Assembly (NCBI GenBank): GCA_965216665.1
Contig: OZ244194.1
Coordinates: forward strand, 4,141,427 to 4,205,426
Source: Arenicellales bacterium
Lineage (GTDB): Bacteria; Pseudomonadota; Gammaproteobacteria; Arenicellales; JAANXG01
Length of the DNA: 64,000 nucleotides
Direction of reading: 5' to 3'
Positions 1 to 9,464 of the stretch are shown piece by piece. The translations under genes and the position numbers were made by a program. How positions within the stretch are numbered: the first letter of the stretch is position 1; every line of letters starts with the position of its first letter. The notes under the pieces were generated by a model. The model searched no databases, was not told where the DNA came from, and saw only the letters and a program-made list of their open reading frames with translations.

Positions 1-1161
1 CCTTTCTGCAGTGCGAAGAATTGTGGCGATCTCGTTCTGTTCTTCTATGGCAGGAATTGGGAGAACCACCGTCTTCAGCTTCCCAATCGGCAGCTGCTTG
101 AGAGCGGTTCCGGTAGTCAGCGAGAGGAACTGCTTCTGGCGTTCCGGGTGTTCGAGACAGTAGAAGAAAAACCGTCCATTGATTCTCTCGTGGCCATTTA
201 GACGGACGAGCTGAGCGTTCATATTTGCGCCGCCGAATTCTTCGGTTACAAAGGCAACTTCACCGATGTTTCCTCGGGTGACGAGAATAGTGTCATTTGG
301 TTTCGTGTGACCTTTCCGCAAGTCGGAATGAAGTTCAGGAGAGATGAAGCGCATATCGTTCCATACCACTCTGCCGTTCGTGAGGTTCACGGCGCGGAGA
401 AACGGAACACCTTCCGAGATGAAGGCGCTTTGGCGCGGATACTTAGTTGAGTAATTCCCGTCACCAATATCGAGATCGAGATCCCCAATTTTTGCCACCT
501 CCCAGCTTTCGGGGACCGGACCGATTTCAGTCTTCTTCTGGGGTTCGTTACGCAGACCCTCGGTGAAGAGCTTGTGCATGAGGGCCTTCTTCAGCTCGGT
601 AGTGGTCTGAATGATCCGCTCCTGTGCTTCGATCGCGCGCTGCACCGTCGAGAGAACGTGCGCGATCTTCCTCTGTTCAGAGAGCGGGGGAAGCGGCAAC
701 CATGATGCAAGGACATCCGAGTCTCGGACCGCCGGGTAACTGGCCCCTCGTTCCAGTCCTGCCATGCGAGAATTGAAGTGATCAGTGATCAGAAAGAAGT
801 AGAGAAACCGCGGGTTCGCAATTGATTTGTCACACCGAAGAACGCAGTAACCCGTGCTTGCGATAGCACCGTCGAGTTCGAGCGGAACCAACGCGATACG
901 CTTGAGTGTCGGCCGTACGGTGGCGAACAGAACGTCATCTGATTCGATGGCCTTTCGCGCCCGGCTTGGCGCTTCTGAGCCTAGCGTCGGAGTTGCTCCG
1001 GTGATCGTGAAGGATTCTTTCGAGACACTCGAAACATCTACGTAGCAAAACGTCTCGTCCGGTTTCTTCCGAGGATCCCTCTGCTTCGCTTTGACGACAA
1101 CAGATCCGATGTACGAATCCGCCCACGATACGGGAATCGGATATGGATTGCCGTCGATCAT
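1..1161 (-). CDS. hsdS: Type I restriction-modification specificity subunit HsdS (3'-truncated by the window edge)
   Basis: I translated the minus strand from the ATG at 1161-1159, which forms an ATGA overlap with the hsdM stop: MIDGNPYPIPVSWADSYIGSVVVKAKQRDP... There are two target-recognition halves separated by a conserved helical spacer (LPLPPLSEQRKIAHVLSTVQRAIEAQERIIQTTTELKKALMHKLFTEGL). The second half is ...IGDGNYSTKYPRQSAFISEGVPFLRAVNL.... There is no stop in the window, so it is absent from the ORF track. Confidence 0.85.
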   Translation of the reverse strand, partial: MIDGNPYPIPVSWADSYIGSVVVKAKQRDPRKKPDETFCYVDVSSVSKESFTITGATPTLGSEAPSRARKAIESDDVLFATVRPTLKRIALVPLELDGAIASTGYCVLRCDKSIANPRFLYFFLITDHFNSRMAGLERGASYPAVRDSDVLASWLPLPPLSEQRKIAHVLSTVQRAIEAQERIIQTTTELKKALMHKLFTEGLRNEPQKKTEIGPVPESWEVAKIGDLDLDIGDGNYSTKYPRQSAFISEGVPFLRAVNLTNGRVVWNDMRFISPELHSDLRKGHTKPNDTILVTRGNIGEVAFVTEEFGGANMNAQLVRLNGHERINGRFFFYCLEHPERQKQFLSLTTGTALKQLPIGKLKTVVLPIPAIEEQNEIATILRTAER

Positions 1162-2726
1162 ATTCCGATAGTCTTGAGAATTTGCCGCAGTGCCGTGTCC
1201 GTCTCCCTCGCCTCTTCTTCGATTACGTCCAGCTCCTCGACGATTTCCGCTATGGGGCGGTAGGTCTCGGCATCCGAGGTGTGGATGTATCGGCTGGGGG
1301 AGATGTTGTAGTCATTCTTCCGGATCTCGGCGTTATCGACGATGCGGCTGAATTTCTTGTCTTCCTTCCAGTCCAGAAGCGCCCGAGTGATGCGATCGAT
1401 GCCTTGGGGCGGGATGAAGTTCTTCGGGTCGCCCTTCTCGAATACTTGGCTGGCGTTGACCAGCAGCAGCCGTCCCTGCAGCTCCTTCGGCTTGGCTTTG
1501 TTGAGGAACAGTACGATGCCCGGCGCGCTGGTGTTGTAGAACAGGTTCTCGGGCAGGTAGAGCACGCTCTCGATCAAGTCGTGGTCGACGAACCACTGGC
1601 GCACGGTCTTCTCCTTGTTGGTGCCCGCATTACCCGAGCCGCGGGAAGCCGCGCCGGTGTCCAACACCACGGCGGCGCGCCCGGTGTCATTCAGGCTCGC
1701 GTGCATGTGCTGCACCCAGCCCCAGTCCGCGGAGGCCTTGCCAGGGAACCCGGCACCAGCCGGGAAGCGCTCGAGCTCGTCGGCATCGTAGTCGGCCTCT
1801 GTGAACCAGTTTTGGTTCCACATGGGATTCGCGACCACCCTATCGAACGTGCGCAGGCTGCCCCGGCCGTCGCGGAATTTCGGGTTCTTGAAGGTGTCGC
1901 CGATTTCTATCTCGCCCTCGAAGTCGTGGATGATGAGGTTCATGTTGGCCATGGCCCAGGTGTCGGCGATGTATTCCTGGCCGTAGAGCTTAAGCGGGGC
2001 CGGCTCGTCGCCGCCGGCCGCCGCTTCCATTGCGATCTCACACTTGATCAGGAGCCCGCCCGAACCACAGCAGGGGTCGTAGATCTCCGTGCCCGGATCC
2101 GGTGCTAGCACACGGGACATGATGGTCCCGACCTCCGGCGGCGTGTAGAACTCGCCAGCGCTCTGCCCGCCGCCCTCGGCGAACTTGCGGATCAGGTACT
2201 CGTAGCTCTTGCCGATAATGTCGGCCTCGACGTCTTCGAGACCCAGGCGCTTGGTGCTAATGGCCTCGATGAGGTTCGAGAGGCGGTCGTCGTCGAGGTC
2301 GCGCTGACCGTGGGTGGTGGCGTTGAAGTCGACGCGGTCGATGATGCCCTGCAGACGAGGGTTCTCCTTCGCGATGGCTCGCATGTGGCTGGTGACGCCC
2401 TCGCCAATCTTGTCGGCGAGCTTGCGGATCACGGACCAGACGGGCTGCTCTGGGTCATCCGGTTCCAGCGGGAGGTAGAAGCGCACCAGCTTGTGGTCGG
2501 CCCTGGCGAGTTGGAAGGCCTTCTTGCGCGATCCCACCTCGGCGGCGATGCGGTCGATCTCATCGTCGAACACATCGCACAGGCGTTTGGTGAAAATGAG
2601 CGGGAGAATGTAGTCCTTGTACTTGGGCGCATCCTTGGCACCGCGGATCGAGCAGGCGGCATCCCAGATCCAGGACTCGAGGGACTTTTCCTTCGCGTCG
2701 TTCGGTGACTTGTTCTTCTTTGCCAT
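1158..2726 (-). CDS. hsdM: Type I R-M N6-adenine DNA methyltransferase subunit HsdM
   Basis: ORF 1158..2879. The likely true start is MAKKNKSPNDAKEKSLESWIWDAACSIRG at 2726. It has the SAM-binding DPCCGSGGLL motif, the catalytic-type VVANPMWNQNW motif and an HsdM N-terminal domain. It is translationally coupled to hsdS. Confidence 0.9.
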   Translation of the reverse strand: MAKKNKSPNDAKEKSLESWIWDAACSIRGAKDAPKYKDYILPLIFTKRLCDVFDDEIDRIAAEVGSRKKAFQLARADHKLVRFYLPLEPDDPEQPVWSVIRKLADKIGEGVTSHMRAIAKENPRLQGIIDRVDFNATTHGQRDLDDDRLSNLIEAISTKRLGLEDVEADIIGKSYEYLIRKFAEGGGQSAGEFYTPPEVGTIMSRVLAPDPGTEIYDPCCGSGGLLIKCEIAMEAAAGGDEPAPLKLYGQEYIADTWAMANMNLIIHDFEGEIEIGDTFKNPKFRDGRGSLRTFDRVVANPMWNQNWFTEADYDADELERFPAGAGFPGKASADWGWVQHMHASLNDTGRAAVVLDTGAASRGSGNAGTNKEKTVRQWFVDHDLIESVLYLPENLFYNTSAPGIVLFLNKAKPKELQGRLLLVNASQVFEKGDPKNFIPPQGIDRITRALLDWKEDKKFSRIVDNAEIRKNDYNISPSRYIHTSDAETYRPIAEIVEELDVIEEEARETDTALRQILKTIGI

Positions 2727-3139
2727 CGCGCCTAGTTTAGCAATTGCAAGCATTTGTCGTAGCGGTACAGTTTGTCGCGCTTGCGCTCCCCCACCTCGAC
2801 GAGGATGCTGGCCTTGATCGGCACGTCGATCGTGTGGGTGTCCAATTCCCAATTTTCTCCTCAGATCAATGGCTAACACAATCCTGTCGCCGACGTTGAT
2901 TCTGGTAATCTGCCAACCACATGAAGAGCTTTTTGCTGTTTCTGATCCATCTATAAACGGCCGTCGCCAAGTTGCTCGGCCCGGGCGGCATTAGAGACAT
3001 CATCGCTGAGAGCCTCCTTCTCAAGCAGCAACTACTTGTTGTCTGTCGGCCCCGACAGCGAGCGCCTAATCTGTTATCGGCCGATCGACTTCTATTTGGC
3101 TTCTTTTCTCTGTTACGTAGATTCGCTTATAACTGGGGG

Positions 3140-3680
3140 TTAGATTGAGTGACCTGCGGACCTGCCCCGCAAATTTGGAACCACTGGATGACTGAGTGTT
3201 CTCACTATTGGACTGCTTTCCGAAGAGATTTTTTCAGCAAGCCCGAGCGCGGGTACCCGCGCTCGCAACAGGCCGTAGGGGGCGAATATGCGTGGTACTG
3301 GATCAGGGTGGCCCCACGTGACTTGGGCATCAAGGTGCCAGCCGGGCCATGAAGTCCGGGGGGCTTGAAAATAGCGTATGTGGTGCCATTGCGGTACGGG
3401 GCTTTCAACTGGTAGCGAGTGTTTCCGTTCGGGGCGAGCGACGGGCTCGGTTCCAAGATCACCGGTCCCGCGATGTAGCGACACTGCCGTTCAACCATCT
3501 GTGCGACAAAAATAGAGCCGCTATCGGTTATCGGAAGCGAGCCGTAGGATTACAAAATCACTTTTCGTTTGGTAAGCGACCAAAATAGTCCCATCCCCAT
3601 GTACGTCCAAGTCAAGGAAGCTCGCACGTCCATCGAGGTCCGTATCGCGAAAACGCCCACGATAGTCACTGCGCACTTCA
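3140..3680 (-). pseudogene. Decayed, frameshifted C-terminal remnant of an IS91-family (Y2 rolling-circle) transposase
   Basis: Fragments in two or more minus-strand frames resemble the conserved IS91/ISCR C-terminus: ERQCRYIAGPVILEPSPSLAPNGNTRYQLKAPYRNGTTYAIF, then LMPKSRGATLIQYH, then IFAPYGLLRARV in another frame. Upstream are AVTIVGVF and LDLDVHGDG pieces. No intact ORF exists. Confidence 0.45.
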
Positions 3681-3926
3681 TATGCTTGACCGTTGAAGCG
3701 CCTTTCCGTGGCTTGCCACCGCCATCTTCTTCAACAGCCGGCTGAACTCCGCCAGATCCACCTCAGGCTTAAACTGCTTGCCAACCTTGGGCGCCGGCGC
3801 TGCTATATCCTTCGGTGTCTCGGTTTTGCTCATCTCCCATCTCCCATCTCCTCTATCATCAAGAGTATTGGTGTATGAGCAGTTACACAATTTAATTTAC
3901 AGTCTCTTATGGCCCGAGGTTGATCG

Positions 3927-4964
3927 TTAGTCCTCTTTAACTACCATTCCGCCATTGTCCAAAAACACTTTTAGATTCTCTGGGGTATATGCACCCTGCG
4001 GGGGCGGCGGGCTCGCGTTCATGCGCTCTATGGCGCTTCCGTGCACGGCCTCGTTGCCATATTCCGTTTCTCCGATCGCCCTGACGTACGGTCGTTGTAA
4101 CCGGTACTTGCCTTTCCGCGAATTGCGTAACTCGTCCATATGCCATGGTTTGTAGTGAGCGAGAAAACGCTCATCCACTTCGAGCCCTAGTGCTTTGGCT
4201 TTGTTTATAATCCAGTGTAACGCGATATTGGCCAATCCATCCTTTTCGTAGCCGCCGCCGATATTGGTATGGACTCCCGCGAACCAGAGTTGCCTCATGG
4301 TCTGGTCCGGGTTAAGTGCACTGTCCCACAATGTCGGTACGAACGGTTTGCGGCGTTCGTCAATGGCAAGTGCCTGGTAAGCGTTTTGCACACACCCTGC
4401 CAGCTCGACATCATGAAACTGGTACCGAGAATTGAAACCTTCAAAGATACCAATCGGTATACCGAGCGCGCCCACGGTATCCCAAACTCCAAGGAAACGA
4501 ATAGTAACAGGGCGACAACGATGGTCGGCGCGGAATTTCGTGATGACGTCTGGGTCCGCCGCGGAACGATATAGATCGTAAGCCTCGCGCATATAAAAGA
4601 CTTCGTCTTTTGGCAACAGACCGATAAGATCTATCAAACCAGATAGGCTGCGTACGGTGTACGCACCACGACTGAAACCGAATAGGAACAACTCGTCACC
4701 CGCAGCGTAGTTTCCAACGATAAACTGGTACGCTTCTACGATCTTTTCGGAAAGACCTCTTCCGAACGCACCGCCCACGAATTTGTCCCACCAGTTGTGT
4801 GTGCCGACGCCTAGGTCGTAGGAAGTGAGTTGAGATATTCCGCGGGAATCGACAGGATATATGGCGCGCGCTAACTTAACGACGTTGGTCGGCTTGCGTT
4901 TCCCCCGATCCTTTTGGTCGGGTTTGTTCCATGTGCCGTCGGCACACACGATAACACGTCTCAC
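3927..4964 (-). CDS. DUF2235 alpha/beta-hydrolase (Tle1-type phospholipase-like)
   Basis: 345 aa. Family hallmarks are present: VIVCADGTWNKP, the GxSxG nucleophile elbow FGFSRGAYTVRSL, GVWDTVGALG and FAGVHTNIGGGY. Confidence 0.85.
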   Translation of the reverse strand: MRRVIVCADGTWNKPDQKDRGKRKPTNVVKLARAIYPVDSRGISQLTSYDLGVGTHNWWDKFVGGAFGRGLSEKIVEAYQFIVGNYAAGDELFLFGFSRGAYTVRSLSGLIDLIGLLPKDEVFYMREAYDLYRSAADPDVITKFRADHRCRPVTIRFLGVWDTVGALGIPIGIFEGFNSRYQFHDVELAGCVQNAYQALAIDERRKPFVPTLWDSALNPDQTMRQLWFAGVHTNIGGGYEKDGLANIALHWIINKAKALGLEVDERFLAHYKPWHMDELRNSRKGKYRLQRPYVRAIGETEYGNEAVHGSAIERMNASPPPPQGAYTPENLKVFLDNGGMVVKED

Positions 4965-5281
4965 AGTACAATCCAGTTCTTGAGGTATTCTGTATTGGTA
5001 GATGAGCCTGGTATGTCAGTGACTATGATCGATCCTAACGCGCAACGGAAATGCTCATGATGTCGAGTACTTGGCCAACGCGATTAGGAGAATACGGGTC
5101 TAACCATAAATCAAGGCAATAATTCACAAAATTCGTGTGTGATCCGTTACCGACAGATACGTTCGCCTTTCCGACCCTAAGACTTCCCAGAAGTCACAAG
5201 TGGCCGTGAGTAAAGGGCTTGCTGTCGCATATGTGTATTTGCTCGAGCTGGCAAACGAGCGAACACAAAGGAGGGCGGGTG

Positions 5282-6610
5282 ATGCTAGCGAGACTGGGCG
5301 TCCTTATGGGCGTATTGCTTATTCTGAATGGGTGTGCCTCTGGACAGTACTACAGAAACACTTCCCAAGTGATCAAGGGTCAGCCCTTCAAGTTAACCAA
5401 TGTCAATTCGTTGGCCAAGGAATTTTCGGTTTCGGACCGAGTGCTAAAAACGAGGCTGAATCTTCTAAACAGCTTCTACAGCATAGGTCGCGGCGGCGTA
5501 TTCAAGTACCTGTTTGAGGAGCGAGAAAGTTGCGATGTAGAGGGCAACCAGGCAGTCGGGCCGATGTATTTAAACGCAGATAGGCCCGTAAACGCCTTCG
5601 TTCAGGTGAATAGCACTGCCGCAGTGAAAGAGCGAGAACGACCGGAGAGTGCGTCAAAAGAAACGACGGGGCCGGAGGGAAAAGACGCAGGACGAAAGAA
5701 GAGCGCGCCCACCGAGATAAAGGTAACTGTATCGGTAGATGATGGAAGTAAATCATCAGTAAACAAAAAGTCAGAGTCACCCAGCGAACTTTCAGTGACG
5801 TCCACAATAAACATCAATTCACGCCTGCACACGCTGGAGCCTGCGGACCGCATCGAGCAGGTTGTCTCACTTATTGCCCCAGTGCCGGATGGTGTTGACA
5901 TCCTAGGTTTGTCGGACCCATTTGAAAAAACGCTAGTGCAGTTTGGAACGGAAGACACAGAAGTGGGGACTTCTTTGGAATTACCGTTAGGAGTTAACGA
6001 AGGGAATTTGTTTAAAGCCACCCCAAGCGTATCGAGGAAAATCTCCAGAAAACTGGCACGGCAATTCGCGACGAAGAACGTTCAGGTCTCCGAGCTCCGT
6101 AACGTCTTATTGGTGTTTCTGGACGGAGGCCCCCAGGGGGCGGACATTGCCGGTCAGGCGACGACGGGTATTAACGTCGCGCTCTCGCCGTCTTTATGCC
6201 ATGACGTCGTGAAGAAAATACCGATAGTTGATCCTGACAAACCAGGCAATATTGAATTTGAAGGTAAAGAGCCAAGTTGCTACATACCCGGCATACTGGC
6301 GATCCATGCCTCTATTGCTGTCGTGAGACGTGTGAAGCACGGTTTCAAGACCGTGAAGGAGGACGACGATGTTATCGCCCAGCAAGTATTTCAGAACGCG
6401 TCGATCTTCGAGCTATGGAGGAACCCTGAGCGCTTGTTTGCATTGGAAGGCGAGGAGGGAAAGCTTCTTGAAGAGGGACATGGGTCGCCGATCGTATTCG
6501 CGAACTATGATGATGCGAATTTGTACCGGTCGAGGATGAATATGCCCGCAAGGGTATGCGAAGTCTCGAACGTTGTCAGGAGGTACGACCCGGGAAGATG
6601 TAAATTGTAG
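5282..6610 (+). CDS. Hypothetical lipoprotein
   Basis: Internal start at 5282 preceded by AAGGAGGG. It has a lipobox signal, MLARLGVLMGVLLILNGC. I recognise no family. It is divergent from the DUF2235 gene. Confidence 0.6.
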   Translation: MLARLGVLMGVLLILNGCASGQYYRNTSQVIKGQPFKLTNVNSLAKEFSVSDRVLKTRLNLLNSFYSIGRGGVFKYLFEERESCDVEGNQAVGPMYLNADRPVNAFVQVNSTAAVKERERPESASKETTGPEGKDAGRKKSAPTEIKVTVSVDDGSKSSVNKKSESPSELSVTSTININSRLHTLEPADRIEQVVSLIAPVPDGVDILGLSDPFEKTLVQFGTEDTEVGTSLELPLGVNEGNLFKATPSVSRKISRKLARQFATKNVQVSELRNVLLVFLDGGPQGADIAGQATTGINVALSPSLCHDVVKKIPIVDPDKPGNIEFEGKEPSCYIPGILAIHASIAVVRRVKHGFKTVKEDDDVIAQQVFQNASIFELWRNPERLFALEGEEGKLLEEGHGSPIVFANYDDANLYRSRMNMPARVCEVSNVVRRYDPGRCKL

Positions 6611-6750
6611 AGCGCGCTGACCGGCTCAACATATCAGTTGTGTCATTATTTCGTAACCAAACTATGCTCAAGTGTCTCCGAAGCTGTAATGGGTGATCCT
6701 CGATAACAGTCGATGAGGAATAGTCGTCCATCATAAGGGAGGGAACGTCT

Positions 6751-7638
6751 ATGCTTAAAGCGCTAGCCGCTGGATTGCTTTTGATTCTGAGTGCTCATGC
6801 ATGCGCCGAGACAGTGCGCTTCGCAACCTTGAACACATGGTGGCTGTTCGACGACGTGGTGCCACATACGCGCTGGGCCGGTCAACGGGTAGGGCAGACG
6901 TATCTGGACAAGTTGGATAAGGTGGCGCAGGCGATTCAGGAAATCGACGCGCACGTTATCGGATTGCAGGAAATCGAGGGACCTAAGGTCCTTCAAGATC
7001 TTAATGAAAAGCTTGACAGTTTGGGTGCTGGATATCCGTACCTGTGGGTGGGTCAAGGCACAGAATCTTTTACCGGTCAGGATGTGGCGATTTTGAGCCA
7101 TTTTCCACCACTCATCGAGCCTGTCTTACGGTATCCTGGTCTGACCGAGCCGTTTTACGCCGAGCAGGGTGGTTATCCTCGTGTTGCGGCGCTCCAGAAG
7201 TTTATGCGCGTAGACGTGGAAATTAGCGATGAAAGCGTTTCGGTATTTGTGGCCCATTTGAAATCCCAGCGCGGCGGTGAGGGGGCCGAGGAAGAACGGC
7301 TCGCACAAGCCCGGGTTGTACGTCGTATCGTACGGGCCGTAGCCGAGAAGGGCGAACCGAACGTAGTCCTGATGGGAGACATGAACGATGATCACGGAAC
7401 GGCGACACTCTTAACGCTTCGAGGGCTGACCGATGGATCGTATCCCTTTAGTCAGCCGTCCGATCGTATTGCGCCGGACGACAGGTGGACACACGATTTT
7501 AACGGAAACAAAGAGCAACTCGACCATATCCTACTCAACAAATTCATGAATGACCGAGTGATCGATGCGAAAATCGTGCGGTTCGGCGACGAGGTGAGCG
7601 ACCACGATGCGTTCGTTGTGGACGTTGATTTCGACTAG
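6751..7638 (+). CDS. Secreted endonuclease/exonuclease/phosphatase (EEP, DNase I-like) family protein
   Basis: Signal peptide MLKALAAGLLLILSAHACA. EEP motifs present: FATLNTWW, VIGLQEIEG, VLMGDMNDD, LDHILLN and the C-terminal SDHDAFVVDV. Confidence 0.8.
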   Translation: MLKALAAGLLLILSAHACAETVRFATLNTWWLFDDVVPHTRWAGQRVGQTYLDKLDKVAQAIQEIDAHVIGLQEIEGPKVLQDLNEKLDSLGAGYPYLWVGQGTESFTGQDVAILSHFPPLIEPVLRYPGLTEPFYAEQGGYPRVAALQKFMRVDVEISDESVSVFVAHLKSQRGGEGAEEERLAQARVVRRIVRAVAEKGEPNVVLMGDMNDDHGTATLLTLRGLTDGSYPFSQPSDRIAPDDRWTHDFNGNKEQLDHILLNKFMNDRVIDAKIVRFGDEVSDHDAFVVDVDFD

Positions 7639-8036
7639 CTGAAACGGCGAGTGCCGCTTCACCGGCGGTTAGAGTTCCGATTGTGACTTACCGCCCTCCT
7701 CAGCGATTGGCGTCGACGTCAAAGACCTCCTAGTTAGGAATGGCGGTGATGAGGCAGGATACAGGGAAACGCCGTCCGGGAAAGCTTGGGTCCAGCGGAT
7801 CACGAAGCCAGGTCCTGATATCGCGGGGGCCTAAGTGGATAGTCGATATGGGAAGCAGCTGAAATTTATCTGAGAAAACGAAACAGATTACGCGCCGTCA
7901 CTGGAGAATTGATACATACGTTAGCGGAAAGCTCGTACAGGAGTGACATGGTAATTGGTAATTGAGGTAGTCCAGCATCGACCGGGTGTTGCGCCTACTT
8001 TGATCCAGGCTACTCGAACCCATCGGAGTCCAGATC

Positions 8037-9224
8037 ATGCGAGGATTCGGCAATATGCGTTGGCGAGCTATTAAAGAGAAACTCAGCCAAGATCCGGCTC
8101 GATACGGCGCCCCGATTAGACGAAACGACTCTGTCGTCATTGGCTCGTTTAATGCGCTAAAACTCGGAAAAGCGAACAACGACCAGAAGAGATGGGACTT
8201 CTTGACTCGCTTTGTGTCCCGGTACGATCTGCTGGCGATACAAGAAGTCATGGATGAACTTTCGGGAATTCGCCGTTTACACAAGTCGCTGGGGCCGAGT
8301 TTTCGATTGATCGTTTCTGATACGACCGGCGCTGTCCCGGGATCGCGGGGTTTGCGCGAACGCCTGGCTTTTCTCTATCGACCGTCTCGCATAGCGTTGA
8401 AGGAAATGGTATCCGATATCACCTATGACCGGTCCGAAATTGTCGCGACGCTGAAGCGGGATATTAAAGTATGGAACAAATTTTTCAAGAACATCGAAGA
8501 GGAAAATACGCAAAGAGAGCAAGATGGAAGGAAAAAGAAGGCACTGGGCGAATACGCGCATCCCGCCTTTCTGTCCTTCATACGTACGCCGCACTGCGCC
8601 GCTTTCTCCATCAAGGGGAGAAACGGCGCCGCGCCGATCGAATTCCTTGGCGTTAATGCACATACGTTGTATGGAAAGAGCAAGGAAGAACGTAACCGAG
8701 AATTTTTTGCGCTGTTGAGCTGGATCGTTCAGCGGGCCAATTCTCCCGATCGTATGTACTTCAGAAATATGATCGTCATGGCCGATCTAAATATGGAGTT
8801 CGAAAGACCAGACGTGAGACGATCCGAAATCATTAAGTACTTGATAGAGCTCGATAGCAAGTTGCTTACCCGCCGAGACGCGGCGCGGGCGAACTTCCCC
8901 TTTTTAGACGTCCATCCGGATCACGAAGCGCTATTTAGAACCAATGCGAGACGCGATCAATCTTTCGACCACGTCGCATTCTTTATCGACCGAAAAGAGC
9001 GACATTTGCCCACTGTAAATCAAAACGTCTGTGCGGGACAGCAAGGGCTCAATGGGTACGACTACGGGGTTTTCGATTTCATGGAGCTTTTCTCACGGGC
9101 GATTTACGACACAAGTTTTCATTTGTTATCCCGGACACAGCAGAATGATTTGTATAGCCGCGCGAAGGCCGATGTGTCTGACCATATGCCGATCTGGGTG
9201 CGTATTCCCATTCCTGGCGCGTAA
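8037..9224 (+). CDS. Cytoplasmic EEP (DNase I-like) family protein with a large insertion
   Basis: 395 aa with no signal peptide. EEP motifs present: IGSFNALKLG, YDLLAIQEV, GVNAHTLYG, VMADLNMEF, FDHVAFF and the C-terminal SDHMPIWVRI. Confidence 0.7.
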   Translation: MRGFGNMRWRAIKEKLSQDPARYGAPIRRNDSVVIGSFNALKLGKANNDQKRWDFLTRFVSRYDLLAIQEVMDELSGIRRLHKSLGPSFRLIVSDTTGAVPGSRGLRERLAFLYRPSRIALKEMVSDITYDRSEIVATLKRDIKVWNKFFKNIEEENTQREQDGRKKKALGEYAHPAFLSFIRTPHCAAFSIKGRNGAAPIEFLGVNAHTLYGKSKEERNREFFALLSWIVQRANSPDRMYFRNMIVMADLNMEFERPDVRRSEIIKYLIELDSKLLTRRDAARANFPFLDVHPDHEALFRTNARRDQSFDHVAFFIDRKERHLPTVNQNVCAGQQGLNGYDYGVFDFMELFSRAIYDTSFHLLSRTQQNDLYSRAKADVSDHMPIWVRIPIPGA

Positions 9225-9414
9225 CGAATAGTCGGTTCAAACGCTGGCGACAACGGCTGGGCTGGGGTCGTGAGCTAATGTGGGGCTACGGATTGCGCTA
9301 CAGCGTCAAAACACAATGAACCATACCGCTCTTGTAGATCCGGATTGATTCAGGCAAAAAGATCTCGTTTACCAAGTGCGTGCCGATGCCATCGTAGGTG
9401 GTAAGACGGCACGA

Positions 9415-9464
9415 GGTGCCAGACTGGTTGAGAGGCACCCTCTGGCGTCGGCCAACCGGATTTT
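9415..9464 (+). promoter_or_regulatory. Copy A of the conserved pseudoknot-capable element (RNA leader or ssDNA structure)
   Basis: GGTGCC(9415-20) pairs with GGCACC(9434-39). CTGGTTG(9424-30) pairs with CAACCGG(9453-59). An ATTTT tail follows. It aligns with 29155-29204 and 42207-42257 with compensatory changes. Confidence 0.6.

Noticed and set aside
3678-3890. 70-aa minus-strand ORF (MSKTETPKDIAAPAPKVGKQFKPEVDLAEFSRLLKKM...).
   Set aside because: It has no recognisable family and runs directly into the IS91-like debris. It could be a fragment of the decayed element, so it is not reported as a gene.
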